DNA of 64,000 nucleotides from a virus. Position 1 is the first letter of the stretch. Each line of letters opens with the position of its first letter. The stretch lies in IMG/VR virus record IMGVR_UViG_3300027984_000001; one strand, 5' to 3'. The notes beneath the pieces are model-generated. The model was not told where the DNA came from. It saw only the letters and a list, made by a program, of their open reading frames with translations, and searched no databases. Positions 37,960 to 46,186 of this stretch are shown piece by piece. The translations under genes and the position numbers were made by a program.

Positions 37960-38295
37960 TCCAGTCACTTTCGCCCCCTTTAGTCACTTCGTGGTCACTT
38001 TTTCAAACCCTTATAAATGGCTTAAATACTATATAATATTAATATAAATATATATATGTGACCAATGTGACCAATGTGACCATGTTTCATAGGTATATGA
38101 TGATGTATAAAATCTCGACAACGTAATCGAATATTTGTTTGTCGTCGACGTTGACGTTGAGGTATAAAAGATAGATGGTATATAAGTGTTTTTTGTGGTC
38201 ACTGGTCACAACCCCCGGCAAATAGCATATTTACGCCATTTGCCGGGTGACGGATGAACTAACTTTCGATTTTTTGTTAGTCACATTGTGACTAT
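37960..38295. repeat. iteron-rich AT-rich region, candidate replication origin
   Basis: At least 11 copies of (A/G)GTCAC/GTGAC(C/T). These include 3x GTCACTT (37963-38000), tandem GTGACCAAT x2.9 (38058-38083), TGGTCAC x2 (38196-38209) and palindrome 38278-38294. AT-rich core at 38020-38057. Confidence 0.55.
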
Positions 38296-40857
38296 TCAGT
38301 CATAGTCATCAAATGACTTTTGGCTTAATTTTACGTATTTTGCGTCATTCTTATTGATCCTCAAATGATGCGTGGGCCGGTTTTTTTTATCCGGTATCAT
38401 ATATCCCTTTTTTAACCATTCCTTTTTTATCGCATCCAATGAATACCCGTTTTTCAACATTGCGGCGTCCAGTGTTGAATAGTTTATATAAATACTATTG
38501 TCCTGAACGTCCTTTTTGCCGTAACATTCCCCATTATTATCTTCTAATACCGTCCTGAACCTTGCGTCATTTGCCGCCGCCCAATCCAATACCCATTCAT
38601 AGGCGCGTTCTGACACATCGACATCCTGTTTTGTTCTAAGGAAATCTGAAAAGGTTTTAATGTCTATTATCTGCTCATTGAAAATAAACTTTGCCGCAAT
38701 GCAATCTGCCACGTATACAGCGGCCATGCTTGCCGCTTGCTTCTCTTCTGTGGATTTGAGATATTCTTTTTTGGCATCATCTAAAAGGCTCTTATAATCA
38801 TTATCACGGCGCAACGCGTCAACAAATAGTTTACCTGCATGACCGTAATTATTTTTCAAGAAATCCACGGTTTTTACGCCGTCCTCAATTATCCGCATAT
38901 CCGAAACATCAATCTCAATAACACGGTTCTTTGTTCCGCCGCCGCTATTATTGGCAGTTATTGGATCTTCCCCTGAAAAAATCATACTGTTTCTCCAATG
39001 GTAAACAACATCAACGCTGGAATCTGCGCGTAACCTTCCTCTATCGCTCCCCTCTGTTACCGTCATAATGAATTTATCATACCCATCATAATAATTTTTG
39101 ATTGTCTGTAGTTCATCTCCTATAAAGGGTAAATTTTTTAGGAAAATATTCATTTTTAGCGTATAATTTTGCGTGTTATTCAGGCTCCGTAAATATTTGC
39201 CCATTGAAGGATTTCCCCATATGGACGCCGCAACCATAAGTGTAACCGTCTTTCCCGTTCCTGTTTTGCCGTGGATATGCATAATAAACGGCAGTTGGTT
39301 GAATTGTTCAAGCATAACGCTTGCAAAACTCGCATCAGTAACCGCGCGGACAACTGGATTCTTTCTTAATTCCTTTACAAACTGAATCCATTCTTGCACA
39401 TTACCTTTGCTTTTAATTGAATCAAAAACGTCTTTAAATTCGCCGGTACCATCAAATACAAATTTATTGCAATCATACGGCAAAAATTTGTTATCATGCC
39501 ATCCAATGGATGAAACGCTATCACACACAGGTATAATGTCCTCGTTTAACATCTCTAGGTCGTTTAGATATGCTACTAGCGCCCCGGCATTTTCACTTGT
39601 TACTCCAATACCGTCCAATGGTAGTTTAGTAACAATCTTAGTTTTATTCGCAATAATGGATTTATCATAAATACCAGTTTTCCATTTATTACGACGCTTA
39701 TATTTAATTTCAACCTTTTCCTGCTTTGATTCTTGATTTACTAGGATTCTTGAAATGTAAATCGGATGCCTACATGCATAAATCACTTTGTTTTCCCCCA
39801 CTGTTTTCCATATGCCGGATTCATCTACTGTCCACGCGCCACAATCCAATAATGGCTGATTCTCAAAAATAATTTTATTCCCATTGCTGTCGGGTTGCGT
39901 ATCTTTGAAACGCTCGTCATCCTGCCGTGCAGTTGTGGTTAATGAACTTAAAACGCTTGGAATTGTTCTTGTTTCCAAATAATCCTTGCGCTCGCATTTC
40001 TTTTTATGCGGTTCATCTTTTTGTGTAAAATAAGGACTATTCAAGAACGTATCTTTGATAACATTAATATTACCATTTGCCCAATACGCTAATTTAGAGA
40101 TAAAACCCATATCATCCTGAGATTCATTGCCTATTGGACGTGCGCCATAATAATAATTTTTCAAAATATCGTCTTTTTCAAGGCCAATCTTCACATATTC
40201 GTCGTCTGAAATACTATTCTCAATGCCTTTGCTATAAACATTGCCGGGGCTTTGTGGAAAAGCAATTATGTTTTGCTTAGGCTTTTCTGCTAAATATGCA
40301 TCATAGACCAACTGCAATTCATTTGTTCGTTCATTTACTGGCTTGCGTTCCCCGTAAATATTGCCTGTTATTGTAAAGAATCTACCAGCCTGATAAATTT
40401 CAAGTCCAACTAAATCTTTTCTTTTGTGTTCAAGATTTATATTACCACGGGCAAATATATGCAACCCTTTACCAGACGGCGAAATTTCAGTATAACTATC
40501 AAGTTTATCAACGATATCCTGAGCGAATTTTGAAAAATGCCCATCAATAAAACATTTATCAATGTCAATTCCAATAATATCATTACCGCCGAATGCAAAA
40601 CCAAGGCCATCATACCGCCCAATAACCTTTACAGCTTCTTCAAATGAAACCCATAAAGACGGTGTTGTCTGCCCTCCGGGCCTGCCTGTCTTGACGCTAT
40701 ATGGCTTTTTATCTAATTTTTGCTTTCCCTTATCCACAATCCACACGCCGCGCCATGCGACCCAGCTATTTTGTCGTTTCAATTCATCCGCTATATTGTT
40801 CAGATTCTGCAAATCAAATTTAGGGACTATGTTTGTTGTGGTTAAGACCTCCGTCAT
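38296..40857 (-). CDS. bifunctional primase-polymerase / SF3 helicase (DUF927/VirE-like)
   Basis: N-terminal prim-pol (GIDIDKC, SPSGKGLHIF). Walker A HGKTGTGKT. 853 aa. Confidence 0.8.
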   Translation of the reverse strand: MTEVLTTTNIVPKFDLQNLNNIADELKRQNSWVAWRGVWIVDKGKQKLDKKPYSVKTGRPGGQTTPSLWVSFEEAVKVIGRYDGLGFAFGGNDIIGIDIDKCFIDGHFSKFAQDIVDKLDSYTEISPSGKGLHIFARGNINLEHKRKDLVGLEIYQAGRFFTITGNIYGERKPVNERTNELQLVYDAYLAEKPKQNIIAFPQSPGNVYSKGIENSISDDEYVKIGLEKDDILKNYYYGARPIGNESQDDMGFISKLAYWANGNINVIKDTFLNSPYFTQKDEPHKKKCERKDYLETRTIPSVLSSLTTTARQDDERFKDTQPDSNGNKIIFENQPLLDCGAWTVDESGIWKTVGENKVIYACRHPIYISRILVNQESKQEKVEIKYKRRNKWKTGIYDKSIIANKTKIVTKLPLDGIGVTSENAGALVAYLNDLEMLNEDIIPVCDSVSSIGWHDNKFLPYDCNKFVFDGTGEFKDVFDSIKSKGNVQEWIQFVKELRKNPVVRAVTDASFASVMLEQFNQLPFIMHIHGKTGTGKTVTLMVAASIWGNPSMGKYLRSLNNTQNYTLKMNIFLKNLPFIGDELQTIKNYYDGYDKFIMTVTEGSDRGRLRADSSVDVVYHWRNSMIFSGEDPITANNSGGGTKNRVIEIDVSDMRIIEDGVKTVDFLKNNYGHAGKLFVDALRRDNDYKSLLDDAKKEYLKSTEEKQAASMAAVYVADCIAAKFIFNEQIIDIKTFSDFLRTKQDVDVSERAYEWVLDWAAANDARFRTVLEDNNGECYGKKDVQDNSIYINYSTLDAAMLKNGYSLDAIKKEWLKKGYMIPDKKNRPTHHLRINKNDAKYVKLSQKSFDDYD

Positions 40858-40890
40858 TTGATCACCTTCCTTGTATGTTGGGTCTATATT

Positions 40891-41079
40891 TTACACAACT
40901 TCTTTAATTTCTTTTGTTTTAAAATAATTAATTAAAGCTATTTCCCCTAATTTACTAATAGGCTTTGACCCTTGCGCCCATCGTGATATAGTAACATGAT
41001 TTACTCCAATATCATCAGCAATATCACGATTTGATACTTTATATTTAGCACGTAAAATCCTTAATTCTTCTGCTGTCAT
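40891..41079 (-). CDS. XRE-family HTH regulator
   Basis: Start moved to MTAEELR (GGAGGTGA SD). The ORF-track ATG 41097 abuts the promoter -10 box (41098-41103). Confidence 0.65.
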   Translation of the reverse strand: MTAEELRILRAKYKVSNRDIADDIGVNHVTISRWAQGSKPISKLGEIALINYFKTKEIKEVV

Positions 41080-41097
41080 TATCTCACCTCCATACAT

Positions 41098-41138
41098 ATT
41101 ATATGCAATATATTAACAAAATGTTAATTCATTGACAT
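41098..41138 (-). promoter_or_regulatory. early promoter cassette
   Basis: TTAATCTAATTTTAAT UP-like element, ATGTCA-17-TAATAT, then the GCATATAAT box. Confidence 0.55.
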
Positions 41139-41150
41139 TAAAATTAGATT

Positions 41151-41193
41151 AAAAAAAACCGGCGTTATTCAGCCGGTTTTTTTTTTTTTTTTT
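41151..41193. terminator. bidirectional intrinsic terminator with T17 tract
   Basis: A8-CCGGC GTTATTCA GCCGG-T17. Confidence 0.75.
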
Positions 41194-41220
41194 AATCGTT
41201 AAACTCTTTCAATAATAAAA

Positions 41221-41421
41221 TTAATATTCAATTCTTTCGGCGTTAGCCCACTCATCGAATATTTTTATACATATATTTTCATTCCATACTGTATACCATT
41301 GATCACAATTACCTATTGCAGGACAACCATTGCAATACCCAGTAGCGTAACGTCGGTCAATAAATAATTCAATTATTTCCATAGGGTTAACATAGGTTTT
41401 CCAATATTCTATATTTGTCAT
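41221..41421 (-). CDS. MTNFEKW-family small Cys-rich protein, paralog 5
   Basis: MTNIEYW...CNGCPAIGNC...C.KIFDEWA. Confidence 0.6.
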   Translation of the reverse strand: MTNIEYWKTYVNPMEIIELFIDRRYATGYCNGCPAIGNCDQWYTVWNENICIKIFDEWANAERIEY

Positions 41422-41462
41422 ATTTAATCCTCTTTATTTAAAAAATCAGCATTTTCAGCCGG

Positions 41463-41933
41463 TTAAAATTCATTATATTTGTCTAGTGCTTCGCGCAAAT
41501 CATTTATTATTAGGCTTTCATCACCATGTTTAACCAAAAAAAAATCGTTTATAGTTTGTGCGTAAAGGAATCCCCATAATTCATTTTCGACTACATCTGC
41601 ATAATGCTTCACCTTATGAACGACCCAGCCGTCCGTTATCTCAATTAGTTTATCCCAATAATCATAATTATAGTTAATATTCCACTGTGCGTAATTATCG
41701 CTATTCCAAAGACTAGCCAATCCCATGATATACTGCTGATTAACAACACTTGTATTTTCTTCACAAACATACTCAATGCTATAATCATCCTTTGTTGAAC
41801 TTAGATGAATCGCGCTTACCAGATCGCCAACAAATAACCGTGTGCCATAACTATCGGACATATTCGTAACGGTTCCCATTGTACCATGATAGCCTTCCAT
41901 GCCGCCCGTGCCTTGCGTTAATATTCTCTTCAT
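41463..41933 (-). CDS. hypothetical protein
   Basis: Start moved to MKRILTQ (GGAGGA SD). Confidence 0.55.
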   Translation of the reverse strand: MKRILTQGTGGMEGYHGTMGTVTNMSDSYGTRLFVGDLVSAIHLSSTKDDYSIEYVCEENTSVVNQQYIMGLASLWNSDNYAQWNINYNYDYWDKLIEITDGWVVHKVKHYADVVENELWGFLYAQTINDFFLVKHGDESLIINDLREALDKYNEF

Positions 41934-42193
41934 ATTATTTTCCTCCAAATTTTTATAATTTGTAACCAAGGTTCTAAGCCTTCCGGCATCCATTCGATTT
42001 CTGCCAATTCAAATCCCAACTGGTTTAATTGTTTTGCCCGGCGCTTATCGTCTGATTGTGAATAAGACGTTCTTAATTCCGTATCTTTGATAACTTCCGC
42101 CGGTAAATCTCTGTATTTTATTTCGTATACTTTCGTTATATTGCCAATGTCATGTAAAACCGTAATGTTCTTTTCCATTCTTAGGGTTTTCAT
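41930..42193 (-). CDS. hypothetical protein
   Basis: 87 aa, ATGA-type overlaps with its neighbours. Confidence 0.5.
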   Translation of the reverse strand: MKTLRMEKNITVLHDIGNITKVYEIKYRDLPAEVIKDTELRTSYSQSDDKRRAKQLNQLGFELAEIEWMPEGLEPWLQIIKIWRKII

Positions 42194-42510
42194 TGCCGGG
42201 GCATCCTTGGAGATTTTTCCAGATCGCGCCTAATAGAAACATATTCCCCATCGTCGTCATCATACTCCAGATCGTCATAAAAAAATCCGTTTTTGTTTGC
42301 CCAAATCTGCAATTTATAATATGTCTTACGCCCTAGCGGTCTATCGGACATAAAGTATTTATTTACAACCTGTTCCGCGCATAATGCTAGTTGGAAATGC
42401 GTTACGTCTTTTCTTGAGTATGCCCATTGCCGTATTTCTTCGCCTGTGGCATTCATGCCATTGCGGCATAATTGAATAAATTCTTCCTGATATTCTGCGA
42501 AACTTTTCAT
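42190..42510 (-). CDS. hypothetical protein
   Basis: 106 aa. SD AAGGAGG preceded by a GC hairpin. Confidence 0.55.
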   Translation of the reverse strand: MKSFAEYQEEFIQLCRNGMNATGEEIRQWAYSRKDVTHFQLALCAEQVVNKYFMSDRPLGRKTYYKLQIWANKNGFFYDDLEYDDDDGEYVSIRRDLEKSPRMPRQ

Positions 42511-42564
42511 AATAAACCTCCTTATATTTGCCCCGCCGAATGGCGGGGCCTGTTGGTTAATGTG

Positions 42565-42831
42565 TTATTCTTTGAGCGCATTGGCGATAATTGATTCCAA
42601 CTCGCATTCGCTCTTATCCATTACCGAAAAATAACCTTGTTTCGGAATTAGGACGATTGATAATTGATGCCGTTCGCCATTGTATGTTACGTCGAAGGTT
42701 GCGGCGCTCCACGCGGGATTTGTGCTGGCCTGTTGGATGTAGGTTTCAACCGCTATGGGGTTACTTTCTTCAAAACGGAACCCGGCATCCGTAATTTTAG
42801 CCATCAAAGTTGTTATATTGCTTGTTAACAT
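42565..42831 (-). CDS. hypothetical protein behind a long structured leader
   Basis: 88 aa. SD AAGGAGG. Leader of about 115 nt, GC-rich. Confidence 0.55.
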   Translation of the reverse strand: MLTSNITTLMAKITDAGFRFEESNPIAVETYIQQASTNPAWSAATFDVTYNGERHQLSIVLIPKQGYFSVMDKSECELESIIANALKE

Positions 42832-42955
42832 GGTAAATCCTCCTTATGGGATTGCGCCCGCCCCTTAATTTCAGGCTGTCGGCGTATGTAGGTTGTCGTC
42901 GCGATACTGCCCTGCCGCTTTCGCGGTTCTGGTACGCTCAACCTTTATCTACTAT

Positions 42956-42994
42956 ATTATATGCTATTGTATTCCAAGTGCTACACTATGTCAA
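42956..42994 (-). promoter_or_regulatory. early promoter cassette (TTGACA-17-TACAAT + GCATATAAT box)
   Basis: Consensus -35. Drives the long GC-rich leader. Confidence 0.6.
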
Positions 42995-43032
42995 TATATT
43001 TTTATTACATTTGTGTAACATTGAATGCCGAT

Positions 43033-43341
43033 TCATTCGGCCATCAATTCAAGTTGTCTGATAACATCCGCGCTTATGGCGTCGTTCGCCAAATCAACGA
43101 TTTTAAAATGGGATTGCATAAATATTTTATCAGAAACATTCACCGTACAAAACGGATAATGCATCTCATAGTTTCTCTTTGGCGATACTACATATAACTC
43201 CGGATTGCCTTTGCCGTCCTTAGCGGCATATAACATATCGGCGGCTTTGTTGATTGTTCGCGCCCATTGGGGATTATACCCAAATCTTTCAACTTCCTGC
43301 CCTTCGATTTTTTTAGTCATTGCAATTTTAAATAATTTCAT
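43033..43341 (-). CDS. hypothetical protein
   Basis: 102 aa. TTGGAGG SD behind a promoter cassette. Confidence 0.55.
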   Translation of the reverse strand: MKLFKIAMTKKIEGQEVERFGYNPQWARTINKAADMLYAAKDGKGNPELYVVSPKRNYEMHYPFCTVNVSDKIFMQSHFKIVDLANDAISADVIRQLELMAE

Positions 43342-43372
43342 TTTTTAACCTCCAATTTTTTATATCTAATAT

Positions 43373-43412
43373 ATTATATGTATATAGTATCACATGTGTT
43401 ACAATTTGTAAA
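43373..43412 (-). promoter_or_regulatory. early promoter cassette
   Basis: TTTACA-17-TACTAT plus the ACATATAATATATTAG box. Confidence 0.55.
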
Positions 43413-43549
43413 ATTAAAGTTTGATTAGAAAATATTTTATAAAATCATATGCAATCGATTGCTTTTAACGTTTCCATATCCACAGGTAAATATATCACCT
43501 GAACGGGTAGATACGATTTAAACGCAATCTGGCGTCATTTCAGGGCATT

Positions 43550-43570
43550 GTAAAAGCGGCTTGCGCCGCT
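43550..43570 (-). terminator. intrinsic terminator
   Basis: AGCGGC/GCCGCU stem followed by UUUU on the minus strand. Confidence 0.55.
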
Positions 43571-43692
43571 TAACTCCAATATCTTTTATACAGAAAAATC
43601 ATAATGCCGGTTAAAACTAAAATTCCTACGGCCCACATCAGGCCGATATTATGCGTCGTTCGAATTGCTATCTGATATTGTTCTGCTGTCAT
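43570..43692 (-). CDS. small membrane peptide (40 aa)
   Basis: AAAGGAGGTGA SD, TM helix GLMWAVGILVLTGIMIFLY. The longer 112-aa ORF-track frame has no SD. Confidence 0.5.
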   Translation of the reverse strand: MTAEQYQIAIRTTHNIGLMWAVGILVLTGIMIFLYKRYWS

Positions 43693-43705
43693 TTCGTCAC
43701 CTCCT

Positions 43706-43885
43706 TTATACATGCTTAATAGTTTTATAATTGATATTGATAGTACAATATAAGCCGCTTTCGTTGAATACATCAATCTCATTTGTATTTTTACTTGACG
43801 GGTAGGCCCGGAACTTACCCCGGGCCTGCGGTAGTTTTGCCCTGAATATCTCAATGGCTGTCTTAATTTTGTCTTTGTTGTCCAT
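43706..43885 (-). CDS. hypothetical protein (59 aa)
   Basis: Start at MDNKDK after a GAGAGGA SD. Confidence 0.45.
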   Translation of the reverse strand: MDNKDKIKTAIEIFRAKLPQARGKFRAYPSSKNTNEIDVFNESGLYCTININYKTIKHV

Positions 43886-43889
43886 AATG

Positions 43890-44102
43890 CTATATCCTCT
43901 CCGTGCAACCGTCCGCATTCATGAATTGAATAGCGCCCTCTAGCGTGTCAAAATGCGCTGATTTAAAATTTGCTATCGCCCAGTATGGATGCTCTTTGCC
44001 GGGATTGAATAAAATCCCGCATGAATGCTTATCCTTAGTTTTGCTTTCGTTCGTCCAGTATTTTTTGACCTCCGTATAACCATTACGAATTTTACCAGCC
44101 AT
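43890..44102 (-). CDS. hypothetical protein
   Basis: 70-aa co-directional ORF. Confidence 0.5.
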   Translation of the reverse strand: MAGKIRNGYTEVKKYWTNESKTKDKHSCGILFNPGKEHPYWAIANFKSAHFDTLEGAIQFMNADGCTERI

Positions 44103-44287
44103 TATTTACCCTCCAATGGATTGAATTTTTTAACCGGCATGACTTCAATAAATGCCGTCTGTAGCTGTTTGTTCTTGTTTGCCGTTTCCTTGGCGGCATC
44201 CAGTGATTCACTTTCGAGATAATATCTCTTGAATAATCCTGTATTACCTCTCATTTGAATAAATTCATCAATCCTATACATATGCAT
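44102..44287 (-). CDS. hypothetical protein
   Basis: 61 aa. SD TTGGAGG preceded by GC hairpin 44304-44321. Confidence 0.5.
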   Translation of the reverse strand: MHMYRIDEFIQMRGNTGLFKRYYLESESLDAAKETANKNKQLQTAFIEVMPVKKFNPLEGK

Positions 44288-44357
44288 TTAGTAAACCTCC
44301 AACCCCGCCCATGCGGGCGGGTATTCTTATTAGATTTCTGAATCTTTATCTACTTAC

Positions 44358-44397
44358 ATTATATTCAAATTATAACAATGTGATACACAGAATACAA
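44358..44397 (-). promoter_or_regulatory. early promoter cassette (tandem)
   Basis: TTGTAT-17-TATAAT and GTATCA-17-TATAAT, offset by 11 nt. Confidence 0.6.
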
Positions 44398-44474
44398 TTA
44401 AAATATGATTAAAATTAAATTAAGGATTTTTTATGCATATGGCATATGTTTTTATTTCATGGTATAATTATATC

Positions 44475-44520
44475 GTCTATATACCCAGCGTGCATTTTGA
44501 TGCATCCTGACGCGTTTTTA
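44475..44520 (+). ncRNA. candidate short plus-strand transcript
   Basis: Extended -10 TGGTATAAT (44460-44468), then hairpin TGCAT/ATGCA within GCG...CGC, followed by TTTTT (44516-44520). Confidence 0.25.
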
Positions 44521-44528
44521 AGGCATTA

Positions 44529-44550
44529 TAAAAGCGGGTTGTCACCCGCT
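44529..44550 (-). terminator. intrinsic terminator
   Basis: AGCGGGU/ACCCGCU stem followed by UUUUAU. Confidence 0.6.
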
Positions 44551-44792
44551 TAGTCATACTCATCTAAAATAAATTCACTTAACTCTCTCCCTGTATCTGT
44601 GGGGACGCCGTTGTCGCGCAAACTGTATACCCAAACAACCCGCGCATTATGATGCACGCGTGATGGCTGTATTCGAGCTTGCCAAACGACCGCACGGCCT
44701 TCGCGCTTATCTGCCGGAATCTCCAGTTCGTTATCTTTGTCAAATCCTAGGAATGCCAAAACCTTATTGACTGTATTATTATTTAATTTCAT
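44550..44792 (-). CDS. hypothetical protein downstream of the MNT gene
   Basis: 80 aa. The ATG abuts the MNT stop. Followed by a terminator. Confidence 0.5.
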   Translation of the reverse strand: MKLNNNTVNKVLAFLGFDKDNELEIPADKREGRAVVWQARIQPSRVHHNARVVWVYSLRDNGVPTDTGRELSEFILDEYD

Positions 44793-45080
44793 TTAATCCC
44801 TCCTATAAATCCATTTTAAGTCGTTCATAATATTTTGAAATAATTGCGTATTTTTATTGTCAAACAATACGTAATAAGGCAATTCATCAATTTCTCTTGC
44901 ACATCTTTCCTTCATTTCGCATAATGCAGTAATGTAATCATTAATCTGTTTATCGTCATAGTCAATTAGTAAATCTAAATCGCTATCAAATGTCTGCTCG
45001 CGCCGCGCAAATGAACCAAAAACCCCTAGCTTTATTATGCTAGGGTGTTTTTTAGCAATGTTAACGATTCTTTCAAACAT
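44793..45080 (-). CDS. mntA: minimal nucleotidyltransferase (MNT) domain protein
   Basis: GVFGSFARRE...DSDLDLLIDY motif. Start at ATG 45080 after a GAAGGAGGG SD. Confidence 0.75.
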   Translation of the reverse strand: MFERIVNIAKKHPSIIKLGVFGSFARREQTFDSDLDLLIDYDDKQINDYITALCEMKERCAREIDELPYYVLFDNKNTQLFQNIMNDLKWIYRRD

Positions 45081-45388
45081 TCGTTTGTTCCCTCCTTCAT
45101 TAACTCTTGACATATAGCCCATACAACCTTAAAATCCACGCCCATATAATTATGACTGGAAACATTCCTTAACCGGCGTAATTGCGGTAACTGGACTGGC
45201 GAATCATCCCGTAAGTTCTTATCACATTCAGTAACATTTGTAATTAATTGGGTAATCGCGTATTTCTCACATAATGAATTTTTAAGTGATTCCCAACTGT
45301 CCATACCGCTCATAATAGACTTAATATCAGCGATATATTTTTGAATTTGGCGGATATTTTGAATATCCGTATGGACTGATTTTATCAT
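45035..45388 (-). CDS. hepT: HEPN (DUF86) domain protein
   Basis: RxxxH motif LRNVSSHNYMGVD. Start at MIKSV after a GGAGGGA SD. Overlaps the MNT gene by 46 nt. Confidence 0.7.
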   Translation of the reverse strand: MIKSVHTDIQNIRQIQKYIADIKSIMSGMDSWESLKNSLCEKYAITQLITNVTECDKNLRDDSPVQLPQLRRLRNVSSHNYMGVDFKVVWAICQELMKEGTNECLKESLTLLKNTLA

Positions 45389-45418
45389 TTTTGTTCCCTC
45401 CATGTTTCTATCTGATAT

Positions 45419-45458
45419 ATTATATGCATATACTAACAGAATGTTTCACGGAATACAA
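45419..45458 (-). promoter_or_regulatory. early promoter cassette (tandem), drives the HEPN/MNT operon
   Basis: TTGTAT-17-TAGTAT and GAAACA-17-TATAAT. Confidence 0.6.
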
Positions 45459-45492
45459 TGGCATAATATTAGAATTTAATTAAAAATATTTT

Positions 45493-45521
45493 TTGACGTT
45501 TTGTTGACTTAGGCATATAAT
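45493..45521 (+). promoter_or_regulatory. plus-strand promoter TTGACG-17-TATAAT, antisense to dcd
   Basis: Near-consensus hexamers with a 17-nt spacer and the same GCATATAAT box as the minus-strand cassettes. Confidence 0.5.
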
Positions 45522-45559
45522 GATATGGATATTAAATAAAACATCAAGGATGTGATTTT

Positions 45560-45673
45560 ATGGCTTATTTGTTAATCTCAATTAAACTCTTTATACAGCA
45601 TACTAGGCTGTATCCCCTTATTAGCTTGGTATTTACCCATGGAATTATATTCTACATAATCCCCCTCAATTAA
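45560..45673 (+). CDS. possible 37-aa hydrophobic peptide antisense to the dcd 3' end
   Basis: AAGGA SD 9 nt before the ATG. MAYLLISIKLFIQHTRLYPLISLVFTHGIIFYIIPLN. Could equally be a shadow ORF. Confidence 0.25.
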   Translation: MAYLLISIKLFIQHTRLYPLISLVFTHGIIFYIIPLN

Positions 45674-46099
45674 GTGATAATATATCTGACAGATTTCAAC
45701 GTAAGGATATATCCTTATTGGCTGTACACAATGTATTTCTAACGTCCTATATCCCTTAAACCCCACATCCCCGAATCCTGCCGTTATGTGTATAAACAAA
45801 CCTAGTCTGCCTATTGAAGATCTACCCTCTAACATAGGCACTAGACCATTTGTTTCTGTATATTCTAAAGTTCTTCCTAGGTATAATGTTCCGGGAAAAA
45901 GCTCCAATCCTTCGTTAGGTATGGTTATCAATTTTGTTTTATGTTGTTTCTTTATATCTAGTATAGGTTCATCATAGACCATCAACTCATTGTGAAGTTT
46001 TAAATTGTAGCTGTTTGGGTTCAAACAATTTTTGTCAAATGGATCTATCACAATTTGCTTATCCAATCTTTTTTCTATTTCCAACCCAGATAATATCAC
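45578..46099 (-). CDS. dcd: dCTP deaminase
   Basis: MILSGLEI..., NPNSYNL, EGRSSIGRLGLFIH motifs typical of Dcd. GTG start. Confidence 0.8.
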   Translation of the reverse strand: MILSGLEIEKRLDKQIVIDPFDKNCLNPNSYNLKLHNELMVYDEPILDIKKQHKTKLITIPNEGLELFPGTLYLGRTLEYTETNGLVPMLEGRSSIGRLGLFIHITAGFGDVGFKGYRTLEIHCVQPIRIYPYVEICQIYYHLIEGDYVEYNSMGKYQANKGIQPSMLYKEFN

Positions 46100-46160
46100 C
46101 TAGTAACCCCCGATTTTTATACTTTATAAAAAACGTTTCCCTGCTTCATGGATAGTATAA

Positions 46161-46186
46161 AATAAAACCGGGGTTTATTCCCCGGT
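46161..46186 (-). terminator. intrinsic terminator overlapping the DUF3310 stop
   Basis: CCGGGG/CCCCGG stem followed by UUUUAUUUU. Confidence 0.65.

Noticed and set aside
38058-38083. Tandem 9-mers GTGACCAAT, considered as a possible CRISPR or minisatellite.
   Set aside because: There are no spacers, the array is too short, and there are no cas genes. It fits an iteron array instead.
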